From an uncultured Acidimicrobiaceae bacterium (lineage in GTDB: Bacteria > Actinomycetota > Acidimicrobiia > Acidimicrobiales > RAAP-2): 64,000 nucleotides of DNA. The stretch lies in NCBI GenBank assembly GCA_963847725.1, contig CAWKAT010000004.1, positions 106,627 through 170,626 on the forward strand, written 5' to 3'. Positions within the stretch are counted from its first letter, which is position 1. Every line of letters starts with the position of its first letter. Below, piece after piece: positions 51,485-62,733 of this stretch. A program made the position numbers and the translations under genes. The notes under the pieces are model-generated. The model saw only the letters and a list, made by a program, of their open reading frames with translations. It did not search any database and was not told the origin of the DNA.

Positions 51485-54400
51485 ATGACCAAGAACCTCT
51501 ACGACCCTTCCTTTGAGCACGACGCCTGCGGCGTGGGGATGGTCGCGGACCTCACCGGTCGCCCCAGCAACGACACCGTTCGCGACGCCCTCACCATCCT
51601 GGAGAACCTGGAACATCGTGGCGCCACCGGATCGGACGTGGAGTCGGGAGACGGCGCCGGGATCCTCACCCAGCTGCCCGATTCCTTCATTCGCGAGGTC
51701 TTTGACGCGGTGCCCCCGCCGGGTCACTACGGCATCGCCCACTGGATGGTGCCGCGCGAGGGCCCGCTCGACGACCTTCGCCGCGAGATCGACGTCGACC
51801 TCTCCCGAGTGGGGTTGAGTTCGCGCGCCTGGCGTGAGGTCCCGGTCGACTCCAGCCTGCTCGGTCCCACGTCACGAGCCGGGGAGCCGCGTTTTTTCCA
51901 GCAACTCATCGCACGCGCGGACGAGACGTCCGACTTTGATCTGGAGCGGGCGCTCTTTAGCGCTCGTAAGGTCATCGAGCACCGTTTGGACGTCTACGCG
52001 GCCTCGTGCTCGTCCCGCGTCCTCATCTATAAGGGAATGTTGACGGCACCCCAGCTTCGTCTCTACTTCAAGGACCTGACCGACGAGCGCCTCACCTCGG
52101 CCATCGCGGTCGTGCACAGCCGCTTTTCCACCAACGTCCTCCCACGCTGGGACCTCGCCCAACCGTTTCGCTATATCGCGCACAACGGCGAGATCAACAC
52201 GATTCGAGGCAACCGAAACTGGATGACCGCGCGCGAGACCACGCTGGAAAGCGACGTGTTCCCTCTTCCGCTCCGTGACCTCACTCCGATCATCACTCCC
52301 AATATGAGCGACTCGGCCAGTTTCGATGAGGTGGTTGAGCTCTTGGTCCACGCCGGACGGAGCCTGCCGCACGCCGTGTTAATGATGATCCCCGAAGCCT
52401 GGGAGCGTTCGACGGGTATGAGTCCCGAGCGCCGGGCCTTCTACCGATACCACGCGGGGTTGATGGAGCCCTGGGACGGCCCCGCGTCGGTCACGTTCTG
52501 CGACGGCACGATCGCCGGCGCGGTACTCGACCGAAATGGACTTCGCCCGGCGCGCTACTGGGTCACCAAGGATCAGCGCGTCATCCTCTCGAGTGAGGTC
52601 GGCGTCTTGCCCATCGATCCGTCCAATATTGAGCGCAAGGGCCGTTTGCAACCGGGCCGGGTCTTCCTGGTCGACGTCGGTCAAGGTCGCATCATCGAAG
52701 ACGAGGAGCTCAAGTCGTCGTTGGCGGCGGCCGCGCCCTACGGCGAGTGGCTGGAGCGCCATCAGCTCTCGCTCGACGCGATCGACGTGCCCGAGGCCCT
52801 CACCCCGGAGTACGCGTCGGTCGTTCGCCTGCAGAAGAGCTTCGGGTACTCCGAAGAGGACCTGCGAATGATCGTGCGCCACATGGCTCAAGTGGGGGAG
52901 GAGCCCGTCGGCTCCATGGGCTCCGACACCGCCCTGCCGGCGCTCTCGTCACTGCCCCGTTCCATCTTCGACTATTTCAGTCAGCTCTTCGCCCAGGTGA
53001 CGAACCCGCCGCTGGACGCCATTCGCGAGGAGCTCGTCACCTCCTCGCGGGTCATCATCGGCGGCGAAGAGAATCTCCTGCGCGAGAGCGAAGAACATTG
53101 TCACCAGATCGTGCTGCCCTCGCCGGTGCTCAGCGTCCATGAACTGTTGAAGATTCGCTACATCAACGAACAGCCCGGCGTCGAGGGCTTCCGCACGGCG
53201 GCCATCGACGGCCTCTTTCTCGCCCACGGTCCCAACACCGCGGCGGAGCGTCTGGCGGACGCCCTGGAGCACGTCACGAACGAAGTGGTGGCTCAGGTTC
53301 GCGACGGCGTCAACGTCGTCATCTTGAGCGATCGCGGTACCTCGGCCACGCACGCGGCGATTCCGAGCTTGCTCCTCGCCTCGGCCGTCCATCACCGCCT
53401 GGTGAGTGAACACTTACGCACCAGCGCCGCGCTCATCATTGAGGCCGGCGACGTGCGTGAGGTGCATCACGTGGCGCTCTTGCTGGGCTTTGGCGCCTCC
53501 GCCGTCTGCCCGTACCTGGCCTACGAGTCGATCGACGCGCTGGTCGAGGGGGGCGAGCTCAACGACCTGAGCGCCTTTGAAGCGCGCTACCAGTACGGCA
53601 AGACCCTCAACAAGGGGGTCATCAAGGTCATGTCCAAGATGGGCGTGAGCACGGTCGCGAGCTACGTGGGTTCTCAGCTGTTCGAGCCGGTCGGGGTCTC
53701 TGACGACATCCTCGGGCGATACTTTCCCGGTTTTCACTCGCGCTTGGGTGGCATCACCCTCGAGCACGTGGCCCGCGACGTGCTGCGCATGCACGCGAGC
53801 GCCTTTGACGCCGTCAGCCAGCCCGTGGAGATCACCAACCACGGTGAGTACCAGTGGCGCCGTGACGGAGAGCTGCATCTCTTCAATCCCCGCACCGTCC
53901 AAAAACTCCAGCACGCGACACGCGAGAAGCGCTTCGATCTCTTTAAGCAGTACTCCGCCCTGGTGGACGAGCAGAGCAGCGGAAATCTCACGCTGCGCTC
54001 ACTGCTCAACCTCGTCCCGAGCGCGACGCCGCTGCCCCTCGACGAGGTGGAGAGCGTCTCGTCCATCGTCAAACGCTTTAGCAGCGGCGCCATGTCCTAC
54101 GGCTCGATCTCCGAAGAGGCCCACACCACCTTGGCGATCGCCATGAATCGACTGGGCGCGAAGTCCAACACCGGCGAAGGCGGAGAGGACGAGGAACGCT
54201 ACGACACCTCCGATCCTCGCCACAACAAGCGCTCGGCGATCAAGCAGGTGGCCTCGGGTCGCTTCGGGGTCACCAGTCGCTATCTGGTCAACGCCGACGA
54301 CCTGCAGATCAAGATGGCCCAAGGCGCGAAGCCCGGCGAGGGAGGGCAGCTCCCCGGTACCAAGGTGTACCCCTGGATCGCGAAGACCCGACACTCCACC

Positions 54401-55927
54401 CCGGGCGTGGGGCTGATCTCACCGCCGCCGCACCACGACATCTACTCCATCGAGGACCTCAAACAGCTCATCTACGACCTGAAGAACGCCAACGACGAGG
54501 CGCGCATCCACGTGAAGCTGGTGAGTGAACAGGGGGTGGGGACCATCGCCGCGGGCGTCGCCAAGGCGCACGCCGACGTGATCTTGATCTCGGGCCACGA
54601 CGGCGGCACCGGAGCCGCCCCGCTGACGTCACTAAAACACGCCGGTACCCCGTGGGAACTCGGTCTCGCCGAGACCCACCAGACCCTCGCCGCGAACGGC
54701 CTACGTAGTCGGGTGGTCCTGCAGACGGACGGGCAGCTGAAGACCGGGCGCGACGTGATCGTCGCCGCTTTGCTCGGCGCGGAAGAGTTCGGCTTCGCCA
54801 CGGCGCCCCTCGTGGTCTCGGGCTGCGTGATGATGCGCGTGTGTCACCTCGACACCTGTCCGGTGGGAATTGCCACCCAGAATCCGGCGCTGCGGGCACG
54901 CTTCACCGGCAAGCCCGAGTTCGTTGAGAACTTCTTCGAGTTCGTGGCCCAGGAGGTTCGAGAGTACCTGGCCGTCCTCGGCGCGCGGACCCTCGATGAG
55001 ATCATCGGTGACGTCACCAAGCTGAGCGTCAAGGTCGTTGAGGATCCCACCAACGATCTCGACCTCAGCGCGCTGCTCACCTTGGTCGAGCCGGACCAGC
55101 GACGACAGAGCACCAAGCAGGATCACGGTCTCGACGGGGCGTTGGACTGGAAGTTCCTCGCCGGGGCCGTGGACGCCGCCCTCAGCGGTGACGTGTTTCA
55201 CCACGCGACCCCCGTGCGAAACGTTCATCGAACCGTCGGCACGCTGACCGGCAGCGCCATTACGCGAGCCCTTGGTGCACGAACGCTCCCGCACGATCAC
55301 GTGACGATTGATCTGGTGGGCTCGGCCGGTCAGAGCCTGGGGGCGTTCATTCCCGCCGGCCTGACCCTTCGCCTGCGCGGCGACACGAACGACTACGCCG
55401 GCAAGGGACTCTCCGGCGGACGCATTATCGTGCGCCCGGACGACGCCGCAACCTTTGCGAGCGACACCAACATCATCGCGGGCAACGTCATCGGATACGG
55501 GGCCACCAGCGGAGAGATCTTCATCAGTGGCGTGGTGGGGGAGCGCTGTGGGGTGCGCAACTCCGGCGCGACGATCATCGTCGAGGGCACCGGTGACCAC
55601 GCCGGGGAGTACATGACCGGCGGCGTCATCGTCATCCTCGGGGGGGTCGGGCGAAACCTCGCAGCCGGCATGTCCGGGGGGACCCTCTACCTCTACGACC
55701 CCGAGGTCACGGTGCACGACCACCTCAGCGCGGGGGTCTACGAGATTGACTTACTCGAGGCCGACGATGACGAACGCCTTCAGGCCCTGCTCGGACGCTT
55801 CTGTGAGGAGACGGGCTCCGCCAAGGCGCGCAGAATTCTGGAGAACTGGCGATCCGAACGGATGAACTTCGTTCGTATCGAGACCTCGGAGTACCAGCGG
55901 ATTCGTGACGAGGTGAAGGGTGGGTAA
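51485..55927 (+). CDS. gltB: glutamate synthase large subunit
   Basis: 1480 aa. The Ntn amidotransferase start is FEHDACGVG. The FMN / 3Fe-4S domain (CHLDTCPVGIATQ) and the C-terminal GXGXG beta-helix domain are present. Confidence 0.96.
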   Translation: MTKNLYDPSFEHDACGVGMVADLTGRPSNDTVRDALTILENLEHRGATGSDVESGDGAGILTQLPDSFIREVFDAVPPPGHYGIAHWMVPREGPLDDLRREIDVDLSRVGLSSRAWREVPVDSSLLGPTSRAGEPRFFQQLIARADETSDFDLERALFSARKVIEHRLDVYAASCSSRVLIYKGMLTAPQLRLYFKDLTDERLTSAIAVVHSRFSTNVLPRWDLAQPFRYIAHNGEINTIRGNRNWMTARETTLESDVFPLPLRDLTPIITPNMSDSASFDEVVELLVHAGRSLPHAVLMMIPEAWERSTGMSPERRAFYRYHAGLMEPWDGPASVTFCDGTIAGAVLDRNGLRPARYWVTKDQRVILSSEVGVLPIDPSNIERKGRLQPGRVFLVDVGQGRIIEDEELKSSLAAAAPYGEWLERHQLSLDAIDVPEALTPEYASVVRLQKSFGYSEEDLRMIVRHMAQVGEEPVGSMGSDTALPALSSLPRSIFDYFSQLFAQVTNPPLDAIREELVTSSRVIIGGEENLLRESEEHCHQIVLPSPVLSVHELLKIRYINEQPGVEGFRTAAIDGLFLAHGPNTAAERLADALEHVTNEVVAQVRDGVNVVILSDRGTSATHAAIPSLLLASAVHHRLVSEHLRTSAALIIEAGDVREVHHVALLLGFGASAVCPYLAYESIDALVEGGELNDLSAFEARYQYGKTLNKGVIKVMSKMGVSTVASYVGSQLFEPVGVSDDILGRYFPGFHSRLGGITLEHVARDVLRMHASAFDAVSQPVEITNHGEYQWRRDGELHLFNPRTVQKLQHATREKRFDLFKQYSALVDEQSSGNLTLRSLLNLVPSATPLPLDEVESVSSIVKRFSSGAMSYGSISEEAHTTLAIAMNRLGAKSNTGEGGEDEERYDTSDPRHNKRSAIKQVASGRFGVTSRYLVNADDLQIKMAQGAKPGEGGQLPGTKVYPWIAKTRHSTPGVGLISPPPHHDIYSIEDLKQLIYDLKNANDEARIHVKLVSEQGVGTIAAGVAKAHADVILISGHDGGTGAAPLTSLKHAGTPWELGLAETHQTLAANGLRSRVVLQTDGQLKTGRDVIVAALLGAEEFGFATAPLVVSGCVMMRVCHLDTCPVGIATQNPALRARFTGKPEFVENFFEFVAQEVREYLAVLGARTLDEIIGDVTKLSVKVVEDPTNDLDLSALLTLVEPDQRRQSTKQDHGLDGALDWKFLAGAVDAALSGDVFHHATPVRNVHRTVGTLTGSAITRALGARTLPHDHVTIDLVGSAGQSLGAFIPAGLTLRLRGDTNDYAGKGLSGGRIIVRPDDAATFASDTNIIAGNVIGYGATSGEIFISGVVGERCGVRNSGATIIVEGTGDHAGEYMTGGVIVILGGVGRNLAAGMSGGTLYLYDPEVTVHDHLSAGVYEIDLLEADDDERLQALLGRFCEETGSAKARRILENWRSERMNFVRIETSEYQRIRDEVKGG

Positions 55928-57350
55928 GGTCACCGGCTTCCTGGAGTACCCCCGAGAGGGACCGCGTTATCGGCCGGTCCCCGTTCGACTTCGGGACTGG
56001 CACGAGGTCTACGAGCCGCAAAGCGACCAGGAGATCGCGGTCCAAGGCGCTCGGTGCATGGACTGCGGGATTCCCTTTTGCATGCAGGGCTGCCCGCTCG
56101 GAAACCTCATACCGACGTTCAACGACGCGGTCTATCGACTCCGTTGGGCCGAGGCCGCGACCGAGCTGTTCCGCACCAATAACTTTCCGGAGTTCACGGG
56201 TCGCCTCTGTCCCGCCCCGTGTGAGTCGGCCTGCGTGTTGGGTATCGCCAGCGATCCCGTCACCATCGAGCGCGTGGAGTACGAGGTCGCCGAGCACGCC
56301 TTTTCCAGCGGGTTCCCCGTCTCGAGCGCACCACCGAGCGAGACCGGCCGACGGGTCGCGATTGTCGGATCGGGACCCGCGGGACTGGCCGCCGCCGCGC
56401 AACTGAGAAGCGTGGGGCACGCCGTCGACGTCTATGAACGCAACGACGCCATCGGCGGGCTACTGCGATACGGAATACCCGAGTTCAAGATGGAAAAGTC
56501 CGTACTGGATCGCCGCCTCGGCGTCCTCGCTACGGACGGCGTGGTCTTTCACACCGGGGTCCGCATCGGCGACTCGGCGACCTCGTTGTCGTGGCTGCGC
56601 GAACAGTACGACGCGGTCATCCTCGCGCTCGGATCCACCCGGCCGCGCGCTCTCCCCGTGCCGGGCGCGGATCTGGCCGGCGTGATGCCCGCCATGACGT
56701 TCCTCGAGGCGGCGAATCGCGCCGTGAACGAGGGACGCACCTCGTCCCTCAACGCCCAAGGAAAACACGTGGTCATTCTCGGGGGCGGCGACACCGGCGC
56801 CGACTGCCTGGGCACGGTGCATCGTCAGAGGGCGGCCTCGGTCGTTCAGATAGAGATTCTCGATCGTCCACCCGACGAGCGGCCCTCCGAAGAACCGTGG
56901 CCGACGATGGCGCGGCTCTTCAAAACGACCTCGGCGCACGCCGAAGGGGGCGAACGGCGCTTCTCCACCGAGACTCTGGAGTTCCGTGGCGACGAACGCG
57001 TGCAGTCCATGGTGGTGATCGACCGCCTCAGCGACGAGAAGATCAGCGTTCCGGCCGACCTGATCTTGATCGCCGCGGGATTTGTCGGACCCGAGTTGGC
57101 GGCGATCGGGCTCGCCGACGAGCCCTTTACGACCCCTCGCGCGACCCTGGCGGTCGACGACCAGTGGCGCGTTCGCGCGCTCGAGGGTCCCTGCCCCGTC
57201 TTCGCCTGCGGTGACGCGGTGCGCGGCCAAAGCCTCATCGTGTGGGCCATCGCCGAGGGCCGAAGCGCGGCCAGCGCGGTCGACCGTCGCCTCAGCGGCG
57301 AAGCGAGCGTGCTGCCGGCCCCGGTGGCTCCTTACAGCACTTCGTGGTAG
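55920..57350 (+). CDS. gltD: glutamate synthase small subunit (NADPH-dependent)
   Basis: 476 aa with Fe-S cysteines (CMDCGIPFC, CPAPCESAC) and the dinucleotide motifs VAIVGSGPAGLAAA and VVILGGGDTGADC. Confidence 0.93.
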   Translation: MGKVTGFLEYPREGPRYRPVPVRLRDWHEVYEPQSDQEIAVQGARCMDCGIPFCMQGCPLGNLIPTFNDAVYRLRWAEAATELFRTNNFPEFTGRLCPAPCESACVLGIASDPVTIERVEYEVAEHAFSSGFPVSSAPPSETGRRVAIVGSGPAGLAAAAQLRSVGHAVDVYERNDAIGGLLRYGIPEFKMEKSVLDRRLGVLATDGVVFHTGVRIGDSATSLSWLREQYDAVILALGSTRPRALPVPGADLAGVMPAMTFLEAANRAVNEGRTSSLNAQGKHVVILGGGDTGADCLGTVHRQRAASVVQIEILDRPPDERPSEEPWPTMARLFKTTSAHAEGGERRFSTETLEFRGDERVQSMVVIDRLSDEKISVPADLILIAAGFVGPELAAIGLADEPFTTPRATLAVDDQWRVRALEGPCPVFACGDAVRGQSLIVWAIAEGRSAASAVDRRLSGEASVLPAPVAPYSTSW

Positions 57351-57603
57351 CGAGTTCCTAAACTTCGCTGACCGGGCGAAGGCCCGACGGCGGGAGGTTT
57401 CTCGAACCCTTCACACCGCCGCCGAATCACGGTCATCGGGATCGGCACGAGTGCGCCGCGTTTGTTCAGCGCCTCCTCGTCCGCCGGACTACCGGTCACC
57501 GTCTGGTCGCGCCCGGTGATGCGGGACCACGGGGTGCGGCGCGATGGCCTTCCCGTGTCGTCCAGTGATTTTGTAGCATCGTGACAGAGCCAGAGGGGGC
57601 CCC

Positions 57604-59219
<1,616 letters not shown>

Positions 59220-59220
<1 letters not shown>

Positions 59221-59423
59221 TGGAGTCGCTGGAGGACCTGGCGGACGAGGTCGCGTCGCTGGAACGACGCGTGGCGGACGCCATCTTTGACATGGTGCGC
59301 GCACAGTTGAGCAACGACGACGCGGAACACGCCAAGGAGCTCGAACGCCACCTCTCCAAGGTCCGCCGGAGCCTGCAGAAGGCCGAGCACCTCCTACGAC
59401 GAAACGACCCCAACGAGGACTAG
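59220..59423 (+). CDS. hypothetical small coiled-coil protein
   Basis: 67 aa with a GTG start sharing one base with the upstream TAG. It is a charged, heptad-like helix (LEDLADEVASLERRVADAIFDMVRAQL...) with GC3-rich codons, and it fills the gap between convergent genes. Confidence 0.4.
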
Positions 59424-60397
59424 GGGGCACCCCAGCTGTTGACCTCGTCAATCACCAGGCGCAGGTTCACGTAACTGCGCCCGTCGAAGTTGAACGAGAT
59501 GGTCGTGGGGTCTTCGAGTCGATAGCCCGGGGCATCGTCGAACATGGGACACGAGCGCGCCAGGGCGAGTAGTTGGTCCGCGGTCGGGGGGCGCCTCAAG
59601 GAGATCAGTCCCCGCTCGCCGTCGATCTCGAAGCTCTGGTAGTTCGAGTAGAAGTGCTCAATCTCCTCCACCGTCTCTTCGATCGAGGTCGCGAAGCGAA
59701 CGATGAACATGTCGTCGGTGGCGACGTAGTGGTTCTTCACGATGGCTTGATCCATGAAGGTCAGCCACTCCTGCCAGAACGTCCCCTCGGGGGTGTCGAG
59801 CAGGACGACCGGCGCCGGGGTCGTCTTGCCGGTGTCGAGGAGCGTGAGAACCTCAAAGAGCTCATCCATCGTGCCCAGTCCGCCCGGCAGGACGACGAAG
59901 GCGATCGAGGGACGCGTCAGCGCCACCTTCCGGGTAAAGAAGTACTTCATGGTCACCAGGTTCGTCGCAGCGATGTAGGGGTTCGCCGACTGCTCAAAGG
60001 GCAGGCGAATGTTGATCCCGATGGTGTTGGCCTCACCGGCGCCGCGGGCCGAGGCCTCCATAATGCCCGGTCCCGCTCCCGAGACGATGACCCAGTCGCG
60101 CTCGGCCATCGCGTGAGCCAGCGCCAGGGTCATCTGATAGATCGGCGACTCGGGCGGAGTGCGCGCGGAACCGAAGATGGTGATCTTTCGCCGCTCACTC
60201 TCCTCTTCAAAGAGCGCGAACGCTTCGAGGAGTTCGTCGATCGCCTGGACCGCAACCTGAAGATCGCGGGTGCGAGCCGGCGACTCCGCCACCGCCACGA
60301 CCCGGGCGAGAAGTTCCCGCAGTAACTCTCGGCGGTCGTCCGAGAGTGCGGTGTCGTTCGCGATGTTCTGGAGAAGGGTGTCAATCAGCGTGGTCAT
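59420..60397 (-). CDS. LOG-family (TIGR00730-type) nucleotide nucleosidase-like protein with N- and C-terminal extensions
   Basis: 325 aa. The core has ITIFGSAR, VSGAGPGIMEA and the LOG signature PGGLGTMDELFE. A roughly 70-aa helical N-terminal extension and a roughly 100-aa C-terminal extension flank it. The start lies 2 nt after the fbiC stop. Confidence 0.8.
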   Translation of the reverse strand: MTTLIDTLLQNIANDTALSDDRRELLRELLARVVAVAESPARTRDLQVAVQAIDELLEAFALFEEESERRKITIFGSARTPPESPIYQMTLALAHAMAERDWVIVSGAGPGIMEASARGAGEANTIGINIRLPFEQSANPYIAATNLVTMKYFFTRKVALTRPSIAFVVLPGGLGTMDELFEVLTLLDTGKTTPAPVVLLDTPEGTFWQEWLTFMDQAIVKNHYVATDDMFIVRFATSIEETVEEIEHFYSNYQSFEIDGERGLISLRRPPTADQLLALARSCPMFDDAPGYRLEDPTTISFNFDGRSYVNLRLVIDEVNSWGAP

Positions 60398-60399
60398 CG

Positions 60400-62670
60400 C
60401 TACAACGTCTGATACAGGGTGCTGCGCTGGTGCAGGGGTCGCCCGAGGGGCTCGACCAACGCCCGCAGTGACTCGACGTCCATCTCCTGGCCGTGCGTCG
60501 CTCCGGCCGCCCGTGAGATGTTCTCGTCCATCAACGTTCCACCCAGATCATTAGCGCCCGCCTGGAGAATGCGGCGAGATCCTTCGACGCCCATCTTCAC
60601 CCAACTCACTTGGATGTTGTCAATGAGCGTGGCGTAGTGCAGCCGCGCGATCGCGTGCATCAGCACCGCCTCGCGGAACGTCGGTCCCTTGCGCGCGCGA
60701 CCCTTCAAGAAGAGGGGCGTCGCCATGTGGACAAAGGGGAGGGGAACGAACTCGGTGAACCCGCCGGTCTCACGCTGCAGCTCGCGGGTGCGCAACAGGT
60801 GCGTGGCCCAGCTGTCGGGGCTTTCGACGGCGCCAAACATGATGGTGATGTTGGAGTGCAGGCCAATGGAGTGAGCCGTGCGGTGTACTTCCAGCCACTG
60901 GTCGGAGTTGATCTTGTCGGGACAGAGCGTGGCGCGCACGCTGTCGTCCAGGATCTCCGCCGCGGTGCCGGGCAGGGTCTTCAACCCCGCGTCCCGCAGG
61001 CGGGTGAGGTACGTGGCGAGGTCCTGCTCCGAACGCCGGGCCCCTTCGAATACTTCCAGCGCGCTAAAGGCGTGAATGTGTATCTTGGGCGAACCGGCGC
61101 GCACCGCGGCGATGACGTCGACGTAGTAGTCGCCGTCGAAGTTGGGATGAATTCCTCCCTGCATGCAGACCTCGGTCGCGCCGCGCTCTTCGGCTTCGCG
61201 CACGCGCTCACTGATCTCCTCCAGCGTGAGGAGATAGGGGTCACCACGCAGATTTAACGACAGGGGACCCTTTGAGAAGGCGCAGAACCGGCACTTAAAG
61301 GTGCAGACGTTGGTGTAGTTGATGTTGCGGTTGATGACGAAGCTCACCGCCTCGCCGGCCAGGTCCTGGCGCACGGCGTTGGCCAGATCGACCACCGCGT
61401 TGAAGTCCCCCTCGCGTGCTCCAAAGAGGGTGATCAACTCGCCGCGATCAAACTCATAGCCCGGTTCGTAACGAGCGAGCAGCTGCTCGACGACGCTGGT
61501 GGTGGTGGTCGACGTGGGTTTGGCCGGCGGGACGTGGTCGGTGCCGGAGTACCACGCGTCGTTGCGCGCGAGGGAGTGCGCGTCGGCCGAGGCGAGAACG
61601 TACGGACGAACCTTCGCGTCGAGGAAGTCGGTGCGCTCGCCGATGAACTCGGGGTACACCGTGAGGCGCGCCGTGAGGTGAAAACCCCGTGCGGCGCTCT
61701 CGTGGGCGAGCGTCTCGAGGGCCGGCCAGGCGCGCTCGGGGTTCACGTGGTCGGCCGTGACGGGCGAGATGCCGCCGAAGTCGTCGATGCCAAAGTCGAG
61801 CAGGCGGGTGGGGTCGTCACTGAGATTGGGTGGGGCCTGAAGGTGAACGCCGTCGGGCAGGAGCAGCCGGGCAGCGGCGATGGTCCAGTGAAACTCCTCG
61901 TCGCTCGCCGCGGGCTCGTGGGCCATGGCCGTGCGGGGCTTGGGCAAGAAGTTCTGAATGATCACCTCTTGCACGTGACCAAACTCTTCGTGGGAACGAG
62001 CGATCGCCTCCAGCGTCTCGACGCGATCTTCTCGACTCTCTCCGATGCCGACCAGCAGTCCCGTCGTAAAGGGAATCTTCAGCTCGCCGGCCCAGCGAAG
62101 CGTGTCGAGGCGGCGTTGGGGCTCTTTGTCGGGGGCCAGACGGTGGGCGGGAACGTCGGCGAGGACCTCGATCATCATCCCCTGCGAGGCGCTGGCCGTG
62201 CGCAACTGAGCCAGCTCGTGTTCAAAGAGCGCCCCGGCGTTCGCGTGGGGGAGCAGACCCGTCCCCTCCAGCACCATCTGGGCGGCCGTGGCGACGTAGT
62301 CCACGGTCGAGCAGTATCCGCGGGCGGCGAGCCACCGAGCGGCCTCGTCGTAGCGAAGCTCCGGTCGCTCCCCGAGCGTGAAGAGCGCCTCGGTGCAGCC
62401 CGCGTCCCGTCCGGCCTGAGCGACGGCCATCACTTCGTCCAGACTCATGTACGAAGAGGCGACGTGCGCGGGGGCCTGGGCGAAGGTGCAGTACCCGCAT
62501 CGGTCACGACACAACTTGGTCAGGGGAATGAAGACCTTCGGCGAGTAGGTCACCACGTGACCGAAGAGCCCGCGGGCCTTGTCGAAGGCTCGCGGCGCGA
62601 GATCCGCCGCGGTGGCGCCCACCAGGTCATCCGTCGTCGTGAAGCCCACCCGTGTCGTCATGGGTTGCAT
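60400..62670 (-). CDS. fbiC: bifunctional FO synthase (CofG plus CofH domains; F420 chromophore synthesis)
   Basis: 756 aa with two radical-SAM cluster motifs, CRDRCGYCTF in the N-terminal half and CTFKCRFCAF in the C-terminal half. The CofG-then-CofH domain order is the one seen in actinobacterial FbiC. Confidence 0.93.
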   Translation of the reverse strand: MQPMTTRVGFTTTDDLVGATAADLAPRAFDKARGLFGHVVTYSPKVFIPLTKLCRDRCGYCTFAQAPAHVASSYMSLDEVMAVAQAGRDAGCTEALFTLGERPELRYDEAARWLAARGYCSTVDYVATAAQMVLEGTGLLPHANAGALFEHELAQLRTASASQGMMIEVLADVPAHRLAPDKEPQRRLDTLRWAGELKIPFTTGLLVGIGESREDRVETLEAIARSHEEFGHVQEVIIQNFLPKPRTAMAHEPAASDEEFHWTIAAARLLLPDGVHLQAPPNLSDDPTRLLDFGIDDFGGISPVTADHVNPERAWPALETLAHESAARGFHLTARLTVYPEFIGERTDFLDAKVRPYVLASADAHSLARNDAWYSGTDHVPPAKPTSTTTTSVVEQLLARYEPGYEFDRGELITLFGAREGDFNAVVDLANAVRQDLAGEAVSFVINRNINYTNVCTFKCRFCAFSKGPLSLNLRGDPYLLTLEEISERVREAEERGATEVCMQGGIHPNFDGDYYVDVIAAVRAGSPKIHIHAFSALEVFEGARRSEQDLATYLTRLRDAGLKTLPGTAAEILDDSVRATLCPDKINSDQWLEVHRTAHSIGLHSNITIMFGAVESPDSWATHLLRTRELQRETGGFTEFVPLPFVHMATPLFLKGRARKGPTFREAVLMHAIARLHYATLIDNIQVSWVKMGVEGSRRILQAGANDLGGTLMDENISRAAGATHGQEMDVESLRALVEPLGRPLHQRSTLYQTL

Positions 62671-62733
62671 CCTATGACGACCCTTCCACGGGCCGTCCGC
62701 ACCGGGGCTCGGCGGCGAGCATCGAGGGCGCGG

